Shown: positions 12,001-27,000 of the stretch, piece by piece
Layout of the letters: every line of letters starts with the position of its first letter
Position numbering within the stretch: position 1 is the stretch's first letter
Assembly: GCA_903813345.2 (NCBI GenBank)
Contig: CAIIXF020000001.1
Location: 1 to 64,000, forward strand
Direction of reading: 5' to 3'
DNA length: 64,000 nt
DNA from: Owenia fusiformis
Lineage: Eukaryota
The notes under the pieces: model-generated
What the model was told of the DNA's origin: nothing
The model's database searches: none
The model's input: only the letters and a program-made list of their open reading frames with translations
Made by a program: the position numbers and the translations under genes

Positions 12001-15000
12001 GCAGGATATTGGGATTATCCCGAGGCCAATATAATATATCTGCCCGAGGGCCAACTGTTAGAATTCTTCTAGAATTTTCATGTCCAGTTTTGTTTTTTGG
12101 CCATGGTCGGATTTTCCCTGTTCTTTCAGATATTCATCTACGTTTGTTTTTTTGGCCATGTTCGGATTTTCCCTGTTCTTTCAGATATTCATCTACGTTT
12201 GTTTTTTTGGCCATGGTCGGATTTTCCCTGTTCTTTCAGATATTCATCTACGTTTGTTTTTTTGGCCATGTTCGGATTTTCCCTGTTCTTTCAGATATTC
12301 ATCTACGTTTGTTTTTTTGGCCATGTTCGGATTTTCCCTGTTCTTTCAGATATTCATCTACGTTTGTTTTTTTGGCCATGGTCGGATTTTCCCTGTTCTT
12401 TCAGATATTCATCTACGTTTGTTTTTTTGGCCATGGTCGGATTTTCCCTGTTCTTTCAGATATTCATCTACATTTGTTTTTTTGGCCATGTTCGGATTTT
12501 CCCTGTTCTTTCAGATATTCATCCACGTTTGTTTTTTGGCCATGTTCGGATTTTCCCTGTTCTTTCAGATATTCATCCACGTTTGTTTTTTGGCCATGTT
12601 CGGAATATCCCTGTTCTTTCAGATATTCATCCACGTTTGTTTTTTGGCCATGGTCGGATTTTCCCTGTTCTTTCAGATATTCATCCACGTTTGTTTTTTT
12701 GGCCATGTTCGGATTTTCCCTGTTCTTTCAGATATTCATCCACGTTTGTTTTTTGGCCATGGTCGGATTTTCCCTGTTCTTTCAGATATTCATCCACGTT
12801 TGTTTTTTTGGCCATGTTCGGATTTTCCCTGTTCTTTCAGATATTCATCCACGTTTGTTTTTTTGGCCATGTTCGGATTTTCCCTGTTCTTTCAGATATT
12901 CATCCACATTTGTTTTTTGGCCATGGTCGGATTTTCCCTGTTCTTTCAGATATTCATCCACGTTTGTTTTTTTGGCCATGTTCGGATTTTCCCTGTTCTT
13001 TCAGATATTCATCCACGTTTGTTTTTTTGGCCATGTTCGGATTTTCCCTGTTCTTTCAGATATTCATCCACGTTTGTTTTTTGGCCATGGTGATGAGCAT
13101 AACACAGGGAGATACTTATTTAGTACTCGGCATATCTCCCTGTGAAGCATGCTCCTTCCCTTCTTAAACCATCAAACAGATCGCCTCCATTGTTTACAGT
13201 AATTATGGGAATGTTACAAAAATGAACCAATGTGTGATTGGCAATTATGACATAGCGGGTAGATATAATATAATGTATCGAGCACTTTTCAACTAACAAA
13301 TCATGAAACTATAAATCCATCAGCTTAACTGTTTTTGTTTGGTTCATGCAAGGGAAAGATCAATACCCGGTGATTTCAGCGGGAAGTGGCGTTTCGTTCA
13401 GTGGATGAGCTGCGCGAGCACGCATAAATGTGATTATCAATATTATTTAGGGGAGGGATATTCAAGCTTATTTTCGTCATAGGCGCGACCCAGGGCTGTT
13501 GTCTTAAGGACATTTCGTTGAAAATTAGCCATTCGGCTGATAATTTGTAAGAGTTTGCGATCTTATAATGTATAACTGTTATTCAGACACATATTTTGAC
13601 ACGATTCTGTTGGAATTAAGCTTTGAACCGAGAGATATTCACGATTGATATGCACATTTTTGATTGTGCCATTGCTTTTCCATTGCACAATCCATATATT
13701 GATAGAAGTAACAATGCAGATTGTTTTACCTTCAATACATGGCGGATTCACTACATATCGGTCTATTAAATACCATTTTGTGCCCTAAATAGTTTTATAT
13801 TTCCATCACGGCCTGAGTGTGTTTGTCTCTTATGTGTATGCGTGTGAATTGGTGGGGCTGGTAGGGCCACCAATCCCCTGGCCCCGCCCATCCTTTATTC
13901 TACTTCCCACTTATTATAATTTATGCTGTAACATTTAGTGACTTCGCTGGAAAACAATAGGAATTATTTTTCTTGCCAATCAATCGTGAATCACAATCAA
14001 AATTTCAGAAAGGATCAATCAGGCAATCGTCCAAAATCCAAATCAAGTTATAACATTATATGATATTCAGCAAGAAGTCCGGTAGAAATAAAGCATATTT
14101 AAACATGAAAGCTGAAAGTTAAAAGCTAATCTGTTAATTTTCTGTCTGCAAAAGAACGTCACATTTGACACAATAAAAGACCGAGGCTTTGAAATCTAGG
14201 ATTCCCCAGGAAAATATGACTTCATACTAATTAGCATAAGGATTTCCCTAGTGGTCTGGGTCGAGCATCGTCCGAAAACACAATCCGATAAATACATGCT
14301 AATTTCTAAGGAGATGGGAAGTGTATGACGTGTTTATCGATTTTGTTTAACGATTTAATCAATTATCAAATTGTTTAAGTGGATAAAGTGGTCACACTTG
14401 CTTCAATTCATAGCGTAATCGACGGAAAGAAACTGCACCGAATTCCCGATATCCTACCCCGTATTATGTAGGCTATAACCATAGTGACCTGCAGATGGCG
14501 CTATCACAAACAAGTACTGCACAAACCGATAAATTCCCGGGTATTGTAATGCCCTTGGTTCATGTAACAGTAAAACATTTCCAATTGTTAAATAGAAACC
14601 TCCCATCTACAGCTCTGTAGAAAGTATTTTAATGGCTTGATCATTTGATAATTGATTATGGTACCTCTTAATACCTTTTTATATTAAAACCAGGAAAAAC
14701 TCTTGTTTCTTGTCGCCTTGTTTCTTGTTACAGTAGTTTCAACAAAAAAGAGAAGACTTTAAAGAATCAGATTGATATTTTTGGTACCCTAAGTTAAGGG
14801 GACAACATAAAATTGTAGTATTTATACACACCTAACCATCAACAACGTACAGTGACAAAATATACTGTCATACCCTTTAGATGAACGGTGTTCTGATAAT
14901 TTTAAGTATTTCTATTCTGCTCTCCCAAGAATTTTCAAAATGGCTGCCATTTTAACGTATTGGTAGAAGGTGGCCATTTTGAAAAATGGCTGCCATTTTT

Positions 15001-18000
15001 GCTATATACTGTATTTGTAAAAATGCCAGCCATGGCTGTTCGATGGGATTTGCTACGCTTTGGCAATGCTGTTGTCTAGTTATACTGTTATAATATTTAT
15101 GTCTACTTGTAGAGCTCCAGAGATACTCTGATGGTACAAGTGAAATGGTTCTACAGACCCAATGAGATCCCTGAATCAGTTTACCACTTTCTTGTCCAAG
15201 ATCGTCATACTGAAAATGGTAAGTGGTCCAAGTTGTTTCATCATCTCAAAAGGTAGACTGAAAGTTCTGCCATATTTAACAGTTTTTAAACCTACACCAA
15301 TTTTGCTATTAGTGTCTTATCTTGCAGATGTCATCATATGTTTGGGATTGAATTACCAAATGTAGAAGGTTTTAGGCAGAGGTGTTAAAAATACTAAATC
15401 TAGTAACTGAAAATTATGCTAATTGCTAATGTTGGCTGGCTATTTCATTTAGCTTGTTTGCTTAATGTTTTCATATGCGCTTCTCATACATTTAACACAT
15501 TGGATGGAAGTTAACATTCATCTAGATATCTGGAAATTAGATATATTGTCATCATTGAAATCATTGTTTATGACCAAGCAGAATAAAGAACATACCGTAT
15601 TTGCTGTAATAAGCGCCCAGGGCGCTTTTGAAATTAAAATTCCCATTGTAACCCATTTCAAATAGCGCCCATATATGAGAGAAGTCAAAAATTCCCGGGA
15701 ATTTCATGTAGGGGAATTTTTCTTGCCAAAAATGCCTTAATTGCACCGAAAGTGACAGCATATTTTCACAATAATGATATGTATCGTTATTGGAGAGAAT
15801 ATGGTAAAATAAAGCAAGAATCTAACTATATTGACAGTGATTGAAGAACTCCCCAGCAGAGCCCCTCGAGGTGAAGGAATTGTTTTCCGCGATTATCTTC
15901 AATATTTTTACTATAGACTGTTAGACATCGATCTAAAGTTATACATTGTTTTTTTTAATTTGATGAAAGATCATAATTTTTCGTGTAAAAGTCATGTAAA
16001 AGTTGAGAAATCTTAAAAAGAAACGAGAAAGTTCACGACCTTGACATGACCTTGACGATCGCTGAGTTAGTAAAATGTCGAAACAAATCTCTGAAACGTG
16101 ATCATTTCCTTCATTCATTATGGACTATTTGAGATAATATTAGCTAAGTATGATGTGGGAAGCACCCACTGATAGATATCAATCGAGAGGATCCATCGAT
16201 TTACAAAATGCGTCATGTTTTCTGCATTTTAGTGTAAGTACTCTATTATCGCCCACTATATTTCTTTGGAAATTTGATTTTTTCTGATACATACGTTAAT
16301 ACTTGGTCATTCCTCGATATTTCTTGAGCTCTGTGAAGCGGGGTAGGCGCTTATTAGGGGTGGGCCCTTATTATGGTGATTACGATATGCACAATTAAAA
16401 TGCAAATGCAATGGTTTTAATTAAATATAAGATAATATAAATCATAAAATGAAAAAAACCTGCTGTAGTGAATATTTTTTTCAAACTTTTTGTTAAAGTG
16501 TGAAACTAGCATAATAAACAATATTTGGTAGTTAACCCATACTCTCCTCCAAGTATAATTTTTGCAAATATGACTGTTTAACTTCCTTAAACTTAAACAG
16601 TGAATATTAAATCATTTCTGTCGATATTTAATTCTGAGTTCGGGTGGCCAATTTCCCTAACAATTTTAGTAACAATTTCTAGTAAAATGGTATGTTGCAT
16701 TTCTCCAAGGCACAATTTTATCCCATGTATAATTCATTATACCCAAAGCACACTTTAGGTTACCAATTGTCATGTTTTAAAAAATTGCCAACCTTTTAAC
16801 TCCTGTTGGCCTAAAATGAACAATACAAGACTTAGAAATGATCAATGGAAGGCCTAAAATGGTCTAAATGAACAATGGAAGGCCTTTAAATGAACAATAA
16901 AAGGCTTAAAAATGAACAATAGAAGGCCTAAAAATTGCTTCAAAAGACCAAAGGAAAACATATGTATAAATCATATTGTTGGGTTTTTCTAAGTCATGCT
17001 AGGTTTCAATTCTTACCTAAAGATGGCAGCATAGCTGTCCATCAAGACTTAAAGTGTGCGCCAAAGTTTAAAACTGCGCAGGCGCACCGCTCTCGCTAAA
17101 CTATATAAAGAGATTACCAGGTACACGATTCAGAGGTAAGCCAGGAAGGCGAACGATCTTCGTCTCGTGATGATTTCCCATATAATCGTAACCAGGGAAG
17201 TTTCACCATTGAAATTGAAAATTACTATTAGATATACTTTGTAGATGTTATTTATGAAGCTATTTAGTGTTTGCATCAATCAAATGGCTCATTTTGAACA
17301 TATAAAAAGTATTTGTGTTTTGTTTCCCAGGGAATTGTATTGTATGTAGCACACACATAAATAGTGTACATTATACAGTACTTGAATAGCCTGGTTTACA
17401 TAATATTGAAGGGCATGCTGATTACATGCACACGAGTACATGAATGAAGGCCTAATATTGATATACGTAGCGTGCATACCTAAATAAAAAATAAACTCTT
17501 CTAATCCCCTAATGTAAGCACGGCGGTATACGTAGCCCGATTTATCGGGGACTTTAACAAAATCATTGAGGCCAAAAGCCACAACTCTGTTCTTTTCACT
17601 CATCATATAGGCAACACTTAGTCATTTCTCATAACCAGACTAGCTGGACTCTGTTATTTTCATGAACCTGTATCTCAATACTTAAACATTTTACACCCAA
17701 CCAAAGGCGCTGGACTCTGTCATTTTGCAACAACAGTGGTTCATGACTTAGGCAATTTTATTCATTCATACAGTTGGACTTAAGCATTTTCAGTGACATT
17801 TCAGTAAGAACTTAGAATAATTTGGTCATTAAGTTTCATTGGCACTTTGCCAAATTGGTCATTGGCAGGTTGCCAATTGTGGTTTGGCAACATGCCAATA
17901 GTAGTACTATATAAGAGGCTTCGAAACCTCACCCTGGCAGTTATGATCTGGAGTTATGATCTGGAGTGACGATCCGGAGTTACGATTGGGTCTTTTACAG

Positions 18001-21000
18001 TCAGTACAGTAGCTCAGTAGTATATAACTTGTACATAGATAGTGTAGTTTGACTCTTTATAATAAAGTATCGTATGTTACTCTGAACTCTGAAGTTTGTC
18101 GTATCATATTGGCGTCATCGTTTCGTAGAGACCCAACAATATGTTAACGTATGAACTCATCACACTTAGAGGCACTGATGATAAAAAATCCTAAACACCA
18201 TATATTGCAAAAAAACATAAGACCCCTACTAAATAATACCTTGGTGTACCCCAGCAGCTTCCCTGGCCTGTCCCCCAGGCACAGAGTTAATTGTCAGGCC
18301 CATTATCGTTCTCAAGTTTCATTTTCTGAGGCTTCAAATATTAGGCTTCACTACCAGAATCATTGAATATAGCAGCGATTTGATCATCATTACCCGTCCA
18401 AATCTAGCCCTTTTTAAATACCATAATGTCGGATCACTTCCAGATTCGTATTTGTTACAAAATAAATCAATAAGTGACCAAAATAATTTTTTTTCAGAAA
18501 CTTTGCTTCGCCAAATTAATTTTCAATCACTTCCTGTCAATGTGAGTACCGAACATTGGCACTGCAATACAAGGGTGACATCTTTTAAGTCTGCTAAAAC
18601 TTTCCTATAGCTTGTTGACCTGGAGTCGACGTATGCCATATAGCGTATTGGCGACAAAACTCGCCTGATCGCCCAAATGAGTTAAAATGAACTATGGAAG
18701 GCCTTTTAATGAACACTTGAAGGCCTAACAATGAACAATAGAAAGCCTAAAATAGCTTTAAATGAACAATGGAAATTGTTCACACCCTGTGACCTTTTCT
18801 TTCATACCGAAGCACTGCTCTATATTCAGTTCTACAGATTATTTTCTTCAAAGGATAAATTGTTTATTAAAAGCAGTTTAGTTTAGGCTCAGTTTAAAAT
18901 AGTTTATTTATGTTTTACTGGCAATGGCATCACTTACATTTAACATAATAAAACATTGTAAAACAATTTATAAGAATTACACCAGCTGTCACCTTGATAA
19001 TCCCAGTTTTCTTATAAATTATAAACAATAACTTATAGTTTTTATATAAAATCACTCTTATATATGCCCAGATGGGAGCTAATTTAAACAGGCAATGCGC
19101 TTATTTTAGAAGGAAAAAGGACAAAATATTATTTGAGACATGTCACTCACACAGTCAATCAAATATGATAAAAACTTTAATTTGGGTCAATACTGAAGTG
19201 AGAAAAAATTACTCGCCTGGAAAACAGCATTTGAAGTTCAGAGATCAAGAGAAGTGAATTACCACTTTTCACAAAGTGTATGTTTTTAAATAACTCTTGG
19301 ACTAAAAGATGGCGTATGGTTGAAAATGAATGAACAATTAATGCAAACAACAATGCCATCTTTCTATGGCATTGCTAAAAACTTGACATCTATAAATTGA
19401 TAGGTCAAAAATATTTTTTCATGGTCTAGTGTCAACTCTGATGTGGTCTGTTTGAGCTGTTTTTGGTGTCAAATGAAAGATCAGGTACTTATTTATCTAT
19501 TGGAAATACTATGGAGATCAAAAGTGAGACTTCATTTACGCACTTTGTCCCTTTAACCAGAAATAAAGTAGTCCATCTTATGCTTGTATAGATGTCTCTC
19601 TCACCCACTGCAGCTATGAGTATATTCACTTCATATGTGTTCCACATAAAATGAAGGCCTGCACATCTGGTACTTAATGTGACCATTATTACACTTGAGG
19701 CAATCTGATTGCCCCGACTCCATAGGTACCTTTTTCTGCGTTCATGTCATTAGCTACATAACTGATTACTTAGGTTTATGATGTGTACATGTAAATAAGG
19801 GTTAATGCAAACAGAATAAACAGGGAATGGTGAGTGAAGTGGCAATTGTGATTTTGGCTGAACAGTGTCACCCTGCCTTGGAAATTCCCAGTCCCAACAG
19901 TTTATGGCATGGTGCAAAGTCCCATGATATGCAAATGAGAAAACCCCATTGCTTTCTTGTCAGAACAACCAAAACTAATGCGGACAATATCCGTTTTAAC
20001 TGTTGTTTCTGAATGTTTCATGATAAAAATTCAATATAAGAATTCTGTCATATTACAAGAATAATATGATAGATTGTTTTAACTTACCAATCACTGTCAT
20101 TTGTAGACATGTTTAGCTCCAAGTCATCATACACAAAGGGGATGACATAGATAATCAGAAAAATATTTGAACTTTATACACCCTCTTATTCTATTGGTTG
20201 GTACAGTAAAAGCTGAAAGTCAAATCCATTGAAATTACGATTAGGTACATTCCAGGTACATTCCAGGTACTATATTCACCCTTGGTATCTCATTGATTGA
20301 CCAGATTGTTTTTAACATTTTACATTCACTTTCTGAATAACTTTATAAGTTGAGTTTCTAATTTGGACACAGATCTTTTGATAACTTCAATAATCATTAT
20401 CTGATTCCATTGATTCATATAATAAGGTGTAGTACTACGTATATGCAAATGGTTTTGAATGACATATGAATAATTCTCTTGTGACTGTATTGCTAAATCA
20501 TATATTAGATAATACAATGAGACATTCATATCTGTTCCGAGAGGATTTCATTGATTTCCAAGATACATCATATTGCTTTAAGGCAGCAATGTCTTACTAT
20601 TCTTATACTTATGATATTGTATGATATTATTGGTAGCTTGTTGGGCAGTTTGTGGTTAACAGGCAGCAATGTTTTACTTTTCTTATACTTATGATATTGT
20701 ATGATATTATTGGTAGCTTGTTGGTAGAGCTGTCACGGTCCAAAAAATATTTCGGTACAGTACGGAACGGTACAAATGGTCTCGGGACACGGTACTTTCG
20801 GGATGGGACAGAACATTAAAAAATGATGCAACGTCTCACGGACCTCTGCCAGATTATTTTTAATAATAATAATAATAATCTTCTTGGTGTCTAGGCTCAA
20901 TAACTATATATATTTATCCCATCGAACGAAGTTCGGAGGGATATAGGGAACGCCTCTGTCCATCCGTCCGGGCAATAACTCAAACACCGCTGGCCCGATT

Positions 21001-24000
21001 TTGTTCATATTTTGTACACATATACCCAATGGGGGTAGAAGTTCTGCTCGAATACTGATTTTCAAAATGGCCGCTCCAAAAAAAATGGCGGCCATTTTAG
21101 TGCCGATTTTATAGTAATTTAGGTACTGCATATAAAACTGGAATAGCAATATGTTTTAAATGTAAAAAAGTTATATAGGACATTGATTAAGCGAGAAATG
21201 TAAATACAGAAGAAATACATTGCAGCCATCTTGAAAAAAATGGCTGCCTTTTCACGTCTTTTTATGATTTTTGCTGTAACTTGAAAAGTAATGGAGTGAT
21301 TTTGTTCATATTTGGTATGTGATACTTTAAGCATGGCACAATGTCTTATGACATTTTGGGTAGTAGGCAGCCATTTTGAAAAATGGCTGCCATTTTTACG
21401 TGTGTTATTTTACTTTTTTTACTATAACTCAAAAAGTAGTAGAGTGATTTTGTTCATATTTAATATGTGAATACTATAAGCATGGCACACTATCTAATGA
21501 TACTTTGGGTAGTAGGCGGCCATTTTGAAAAATGGCCACCATTTTTACATTTTTTACTATAACTTGAAAATGATTTTGTTCATATTTGAAATGTGAATAC
21601 TCATGAGCCTTGCACACTGTCTCATTACACTACACGTAGTAGGCGGCCATTTTATAAAAATGGCTGTCATTTTTACATTTTTTACGATAACTTGAAAAGT
21701 AGTGGAGCGATTTTGTTCATATTTGATATGTAAATACTTTAAGCATGGCACATTGTCTAATAAAACTTTGGGGAGTAGTCGGCCATTTCGAAAAATGGCC
21801 ACCATTTTTATGTGTGTTATTTTACATTTTTTATTATAACTCAAAAAGTAATAGAGCGATTTTGTTCATATTTGATATGTGAATACTCGTTAGGATTGCA
21901 TACTGTCTTATGACATTTTGGGTAGTAAGCGGCCATTTTAAAAAATGGCCAGCATTGGCGATTTTCTAAGAATTTTATATGTGGCTACTTAAAAGCATAT
22001 TACTTCTTCTGATGACAACTTGGCTAGCGATCAACCATTTTGAAAATGGTGGCCTTTCTTATGGCTGTTATTTTATGATATTTGGTAAATATTTCAAATG
22101 TAAAAATGCCAGCCATTTCTGTTCGATGGGATTCGCTTTGCTTTGGCGTTGCCATTGTTCTGGTTAATTTTTCAGAACGAAATTGGAGGTGTTCCTCGCT
22201 ACACATTTTTATGCATTTTAAGGAGAGGAATTTATGTATCCATACCGAACCGATATTAACCCTTTCTGTCCCTTGTCCCGAACCGAAGCATCTGGACCGA
22301 ACTTCTGTCCGTCCATCTGTCCGTAAGTACGTCCGTCTGTCCAGTCAATAACTCAAATACCGTTGGCCTGATTTTGTTCATATTCTGTACACATATACCC
22401 TATGGGAGTAGAAGATTTTGAAAATGGCCACCATTTTAACGTATTTTACTATAACTCAGAAAGTAGTAGAGTGATTTTGTTCATATTTAATATGTGAATA
22501 CTATAAGCATGGCACACTATCTAATGATACTTTGGCGTTGTTGTTGTCTAGTTGGTAGCTTGTGGGGCAGTTTGTTGTTAACAGGCATCAATGTCTTACT
22601 TTTTATGTCCCCACCACATAGTGTGGGGCCATATTGTCGGCCTAGGCGCTTCCGTCCATCCGTCCATCAGTCCATATGTCCGGCCGTACGTCCGGCAGTT
22701 TTCTCCAAAACCGCTACAGATATCACCTTCAAATTTTCAGGGATAACTTATTAGTGCATACAGATGTGGATGACTAAGATTTAATTCGATACCTACTTCC
22801 TGTCAGCCATTTTGAAGCCAAATGCTAAAATCCTTGTCTGCAAACTTTAAGAAAAACGGCTTCACAGTTGCTTTTAAAACTTAAATATCTCGTTCAGTTC
22901 ACTTCATTCTAGATCTGATTAGGTTTTGGACCTGTTAACTCAGTCATGTCAGCCATTTTGAATGTCTTAGAAAAGTTAGTGCGTGATAATGCTTTATCAT
23001 ATTGAATGGTGTTTTTGAGTTTTTATACTTTAACTATTTAGTAGTTTTATAAATAATTTCATGTGTACTTTGTTGTAAAAGCCTATCTTATTGTTAACAC
23101 TAGTTATATGTGATAATTTTGTAAAAGGAAATCAGCAAAAACTCATCATCACTTTTTTATTGTCGGCCATTTTGGATTTTTCCGTCCTAAAATCTTGTCT
23201 GTAAAGTCTTGTCAACGCATTTTTAGGTGAACTGTTTGGTAGATCAATTTCAAATTTTCAGAGATAATTCTTAGTATGAAAATCTAAATTTGATTAGTTT
23301 TTTGGCATTCTGCGTAAATGTCAAGGCAGCCATTTTGTATTTTCTGTCCTAAAATCTTGTCTGTAAAGTCTTGTCTACGGTTTTCAGGTGAACCATTTGG
23401 TAGATCAATTTCAAATTTTCAGGGATGATTCTTAGAATGAAAATCTAGAACTGATTAGTTTTTTGACATTCTGCGTAAATGTCAAGGCAGCCATTTTGGA
23501 TTTTCCATCCTAAAATCTTGTCTGTAAAGTCTTTTTGTGGCAGCTTGTGGGGCAGTTGTTAACAGACAACAGTGTCTTACTTTTCTTATTATTATGAAAT
23601 TGTACGATATTATTGATAGCTTGTTGGGCAGTTAATGGGTAATTTGTATGTTTATTTTCAGATAAACCAGTTTGCTTACTGAGTAAAAATTTTGAGGAAT
23701 TTTTATGTATTAAATCTTGAATTTAACAGATTTTGGACATGCTCAGTAATATTAAAAGCGACAATTTTTGTTTTTATCTATGATAGTTTCTTGTTCATTG
23801 TACTCTTTCGAATAGTTTGATTTTGCTTCTTAAAAGAGGGCTTCATCTTATGTACTTTAAGGCTCTGGTCCTCAGGTTAGGTCCCTGCCTGCAAATTGTC
23901 CCCTTTCAAATTGATAGCACTGGTCTGCATGAAATAAGTCCCACATACGTTGGATTGTGTCTTCTATCAGCAGAACCATCACTGGCAGATCCAGGGGGGG

Positions 24001-27000
24001 GGGGGGTGCCCTTTGGTGGGCCCAGAATACTTACTGGGCTTTTTGGGTCTTTTTTAGGCCAAATTATCATAAATGAGCATTAAAATTTCAAAATTTGGGC
24101 CCAATTTGGGGTTTTAGGGGCCCAAAATATTTTGTGACCATCAATAACCTTTACTATTACGAAGAGCATCTATAGACTCAATGAACCAGTAATGTTACTG
24201 TGTTTACTCTTTCTTACTTCAACAAGTTGTACTTTTTGAAAGATCTCAAATGGAGCATTTGTGGCCTGTAATTGGGAGTTGGATGTACAAATGCCAGATA
24301 ATGGTTGACATTTAGTATTGTGATTTTCTGACTTTCAATTCCAAATGGATAAAGGCAAGTGATCAAATAATAATTGCTAGTTTTTTTAAGTGTGTTAAGG
24401 CAAAGGTCAAGCTCTTGTATAGGGGAATCCTATGACTCCCCACTTTTAAATCAATTTATATCCTTTATCCATTCAATGCATTCTTCTTTCATGGGTTGTC
24501 ATTATGTTGATAGAAGGCTAGTTTGAAACCTCCCTTATAAACTCAAAGTTCACATAAAAACAGAGGCAGCGTAAATTGAAGAAGAATCCATGATTTTCTT
24601 CTGAACGTGTTATCTTTGGGAGGCTTAAAACAACATTATATGTAAACTTTAATGTTTTGAGGTCACAGGATCATGCATGGGGTTCATATCCAGTGCTGCT
24701 ATCAAGTTGATGTCAAACAAGGTCATAACTGGGGCTAGTCATGGGGGGGGGGAAGAGTACACAGGTTATTGAGGCCTTATACAACTACTTATCACTAGAA
24801 AGGCTGGAGTTCAATAGATATCATGTGCTATATTGATATGGCGCTCTGCTATCTTCCAATAACACTTCCACATGCAGTTCTATGCGTTATAATGTGGCAT
24901 ATTATATTGCATTACTGGTCTGTCAATAGACTGAAGTATTAGCCACTATAAACATAAAGCTCCGTACTTCTTAACTTCTATTGGTGTATTGATTATTCAC
25001 TAACACCCTAGTAGCCAATCAGATTGCTCTTCTATTATTAGATGGGATAGGAAACCAAACATGGCTGCTTTGGATATTTAACTTAACATCTATCGTGAGT
25101 AATTATTTCATTTTTCATCTAGCCTTAGTCCACATGAGCCAAAACAAGTCAGAGGTATATATTAATGGTTAAGTGCTGGTCATGTAGAGCTAAAAATATC
25201 TGAGTTATCAAGTGTATATTTGTTGAAATGGCTGGTTTAAGTTGCTCTTTGTATATGGCTGTTAAGAAAATAGAAGTCAAGATTAATATGTTCCAAACCT
25301 GTGTATAAATAATTCACTTGGATTTGTATGTTGGCTCAAGTCAGTAAATATGTTGCAGTTGAATGAGGCTTTTCAGTTCTGTTTTATTAACGGATTGCAT
25401 TTTAGAATATTGTCAATTTTGCTTTTAATACCACAACCTGGTAGACCTTTATATGAACTTTTCTAGACATCCCTATCTAAACCTACAAAATGGAGTGAAC
25501 TCCGAATTATCCATCAAAAACATGTGAAAGAATGTTAAATATCAAATTGTATTTGGGTTTACTTTTTCTAGGGGATATAACACACCTCTTGTATAATTAC
25601 TTAATGATTCCTTACTTTCTTACAGAGAAGTTAATTATGTTTGTGTGAGGAAGGTCAGGGGTCAACTATTAGGCTTGCTTAGCATATCATAGTAGTCCTT
25701 GCCAACTAAATGTGATTTACATCTATATAATATTGAATTATCCAATACAAAAAGGATCATAATCATTATACGATTAATATCTATATAAGCACTATGAATA
25801 TTATGTCTGTCATCAAAGCTATGTTATTCTAAATATAACGGTTTATACCTACGTGGAGGTCAGACTGACCTTATTAGATAAAATTCCTGATTTGACCTTG
25901 AGAGTAAAGTGATATAAAGCAGAATTACAATGTGGATTCATGGAAGAATCATATTGAATATATTAAGGGGAAAAGTGTGAATCATATTAGGGATTACTAA
26001 GCCCTGAAAGGGAGTGGGGATTGCTAAGCCCTGAAAGGGAGTGGGGATTGCTAAGCCCTGAAAGGGAGTGGGGATTTCTAAGCCCTGAAAGGGAGTGGGG
26101 ATTGCTAAGTCCTGAAAGGGAGTGGGGATTGCTAAGCCCTGAAAGGGAGTGGGGATTGCTAAGCCCTGAAAGGGAGTGGGGATTGCAGTGTTTGTGTATT
26201 AGCACCTTCAGAACATAAATTAAAAGATCACCAGATTATAATAAAACCTGTATAAGTGGTACACCCTTGGTTCCAATAAAATGTGTTCTTCTTTGGAGGT
26301 GTACCACTTATAGAGGTTCAATTAACATTAGGTTAGTAGGGCTGCAGTGTTCTATTAGAGATTCAATTAACATTAGGTTAGTAGGGCTGCAGTGTTCTAT
26401 AAGAGGTTTAATTAACATTAGGTTAGTAGGGCTGCAGTGTTCTATTAGAGATTCAATTAACATTAGGTTAGTAGGGCTGCAGTGTTCTATAAGAGGTTCA
26501 ATTAACATTAGGTTAGTAGGGCTGAAGTGTTCTATTAGAGATTCAATTAACATTAGGTTAGTAGGGTTGAAGTGTTCTATTAGAGATTCAATTAACATTA
26601 GGTTAGTAGGGCTGAAGTGTTCTATTAGAGATTCAATTAACATTAGGTTAGTAGGGTTGAAGTGTTCTATTAGAGATTCAATTAACATTAGGTTAGTAGG
26701 GCTGAAGTGTTCTATTAGAGGTTCAATTAACATTAGGTTAGTAGGGCTGAAGTGTTCTATTAGAGATTCAATTAACATTAGGTTAGTAGGGCTGAAGTGT
26801 TCTATTAGAGATTCAATTAACATTAGGTTAGTAGGGCTGAAGTGTTCTATTAGAGATTCAATTAACATTAGGTTAGTAGGGTTGAAGTGTTCTATTAGAG
26901 ATTCAATTAACATTAGGTTAGTAGGGCTGAAGTGTTCTATTAGAGATTCAATTAACATTAGGTTAGTAGGGTTGAAGTGTTCTATTAGAGGTTCAATTAA

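Noticed and set aside
11955-13167. Three overlapping 337-396-aa ORFs
   Set aside because: Produced by a stop-free 54/55-bp tandem repeat read in all frames; intronic, no domain.
14487-14502. CTCF-like motif CCTGCAGATGGCGC
   Set aside because: A single motif match without supporting evidence; expected by chance or from TE sequence.
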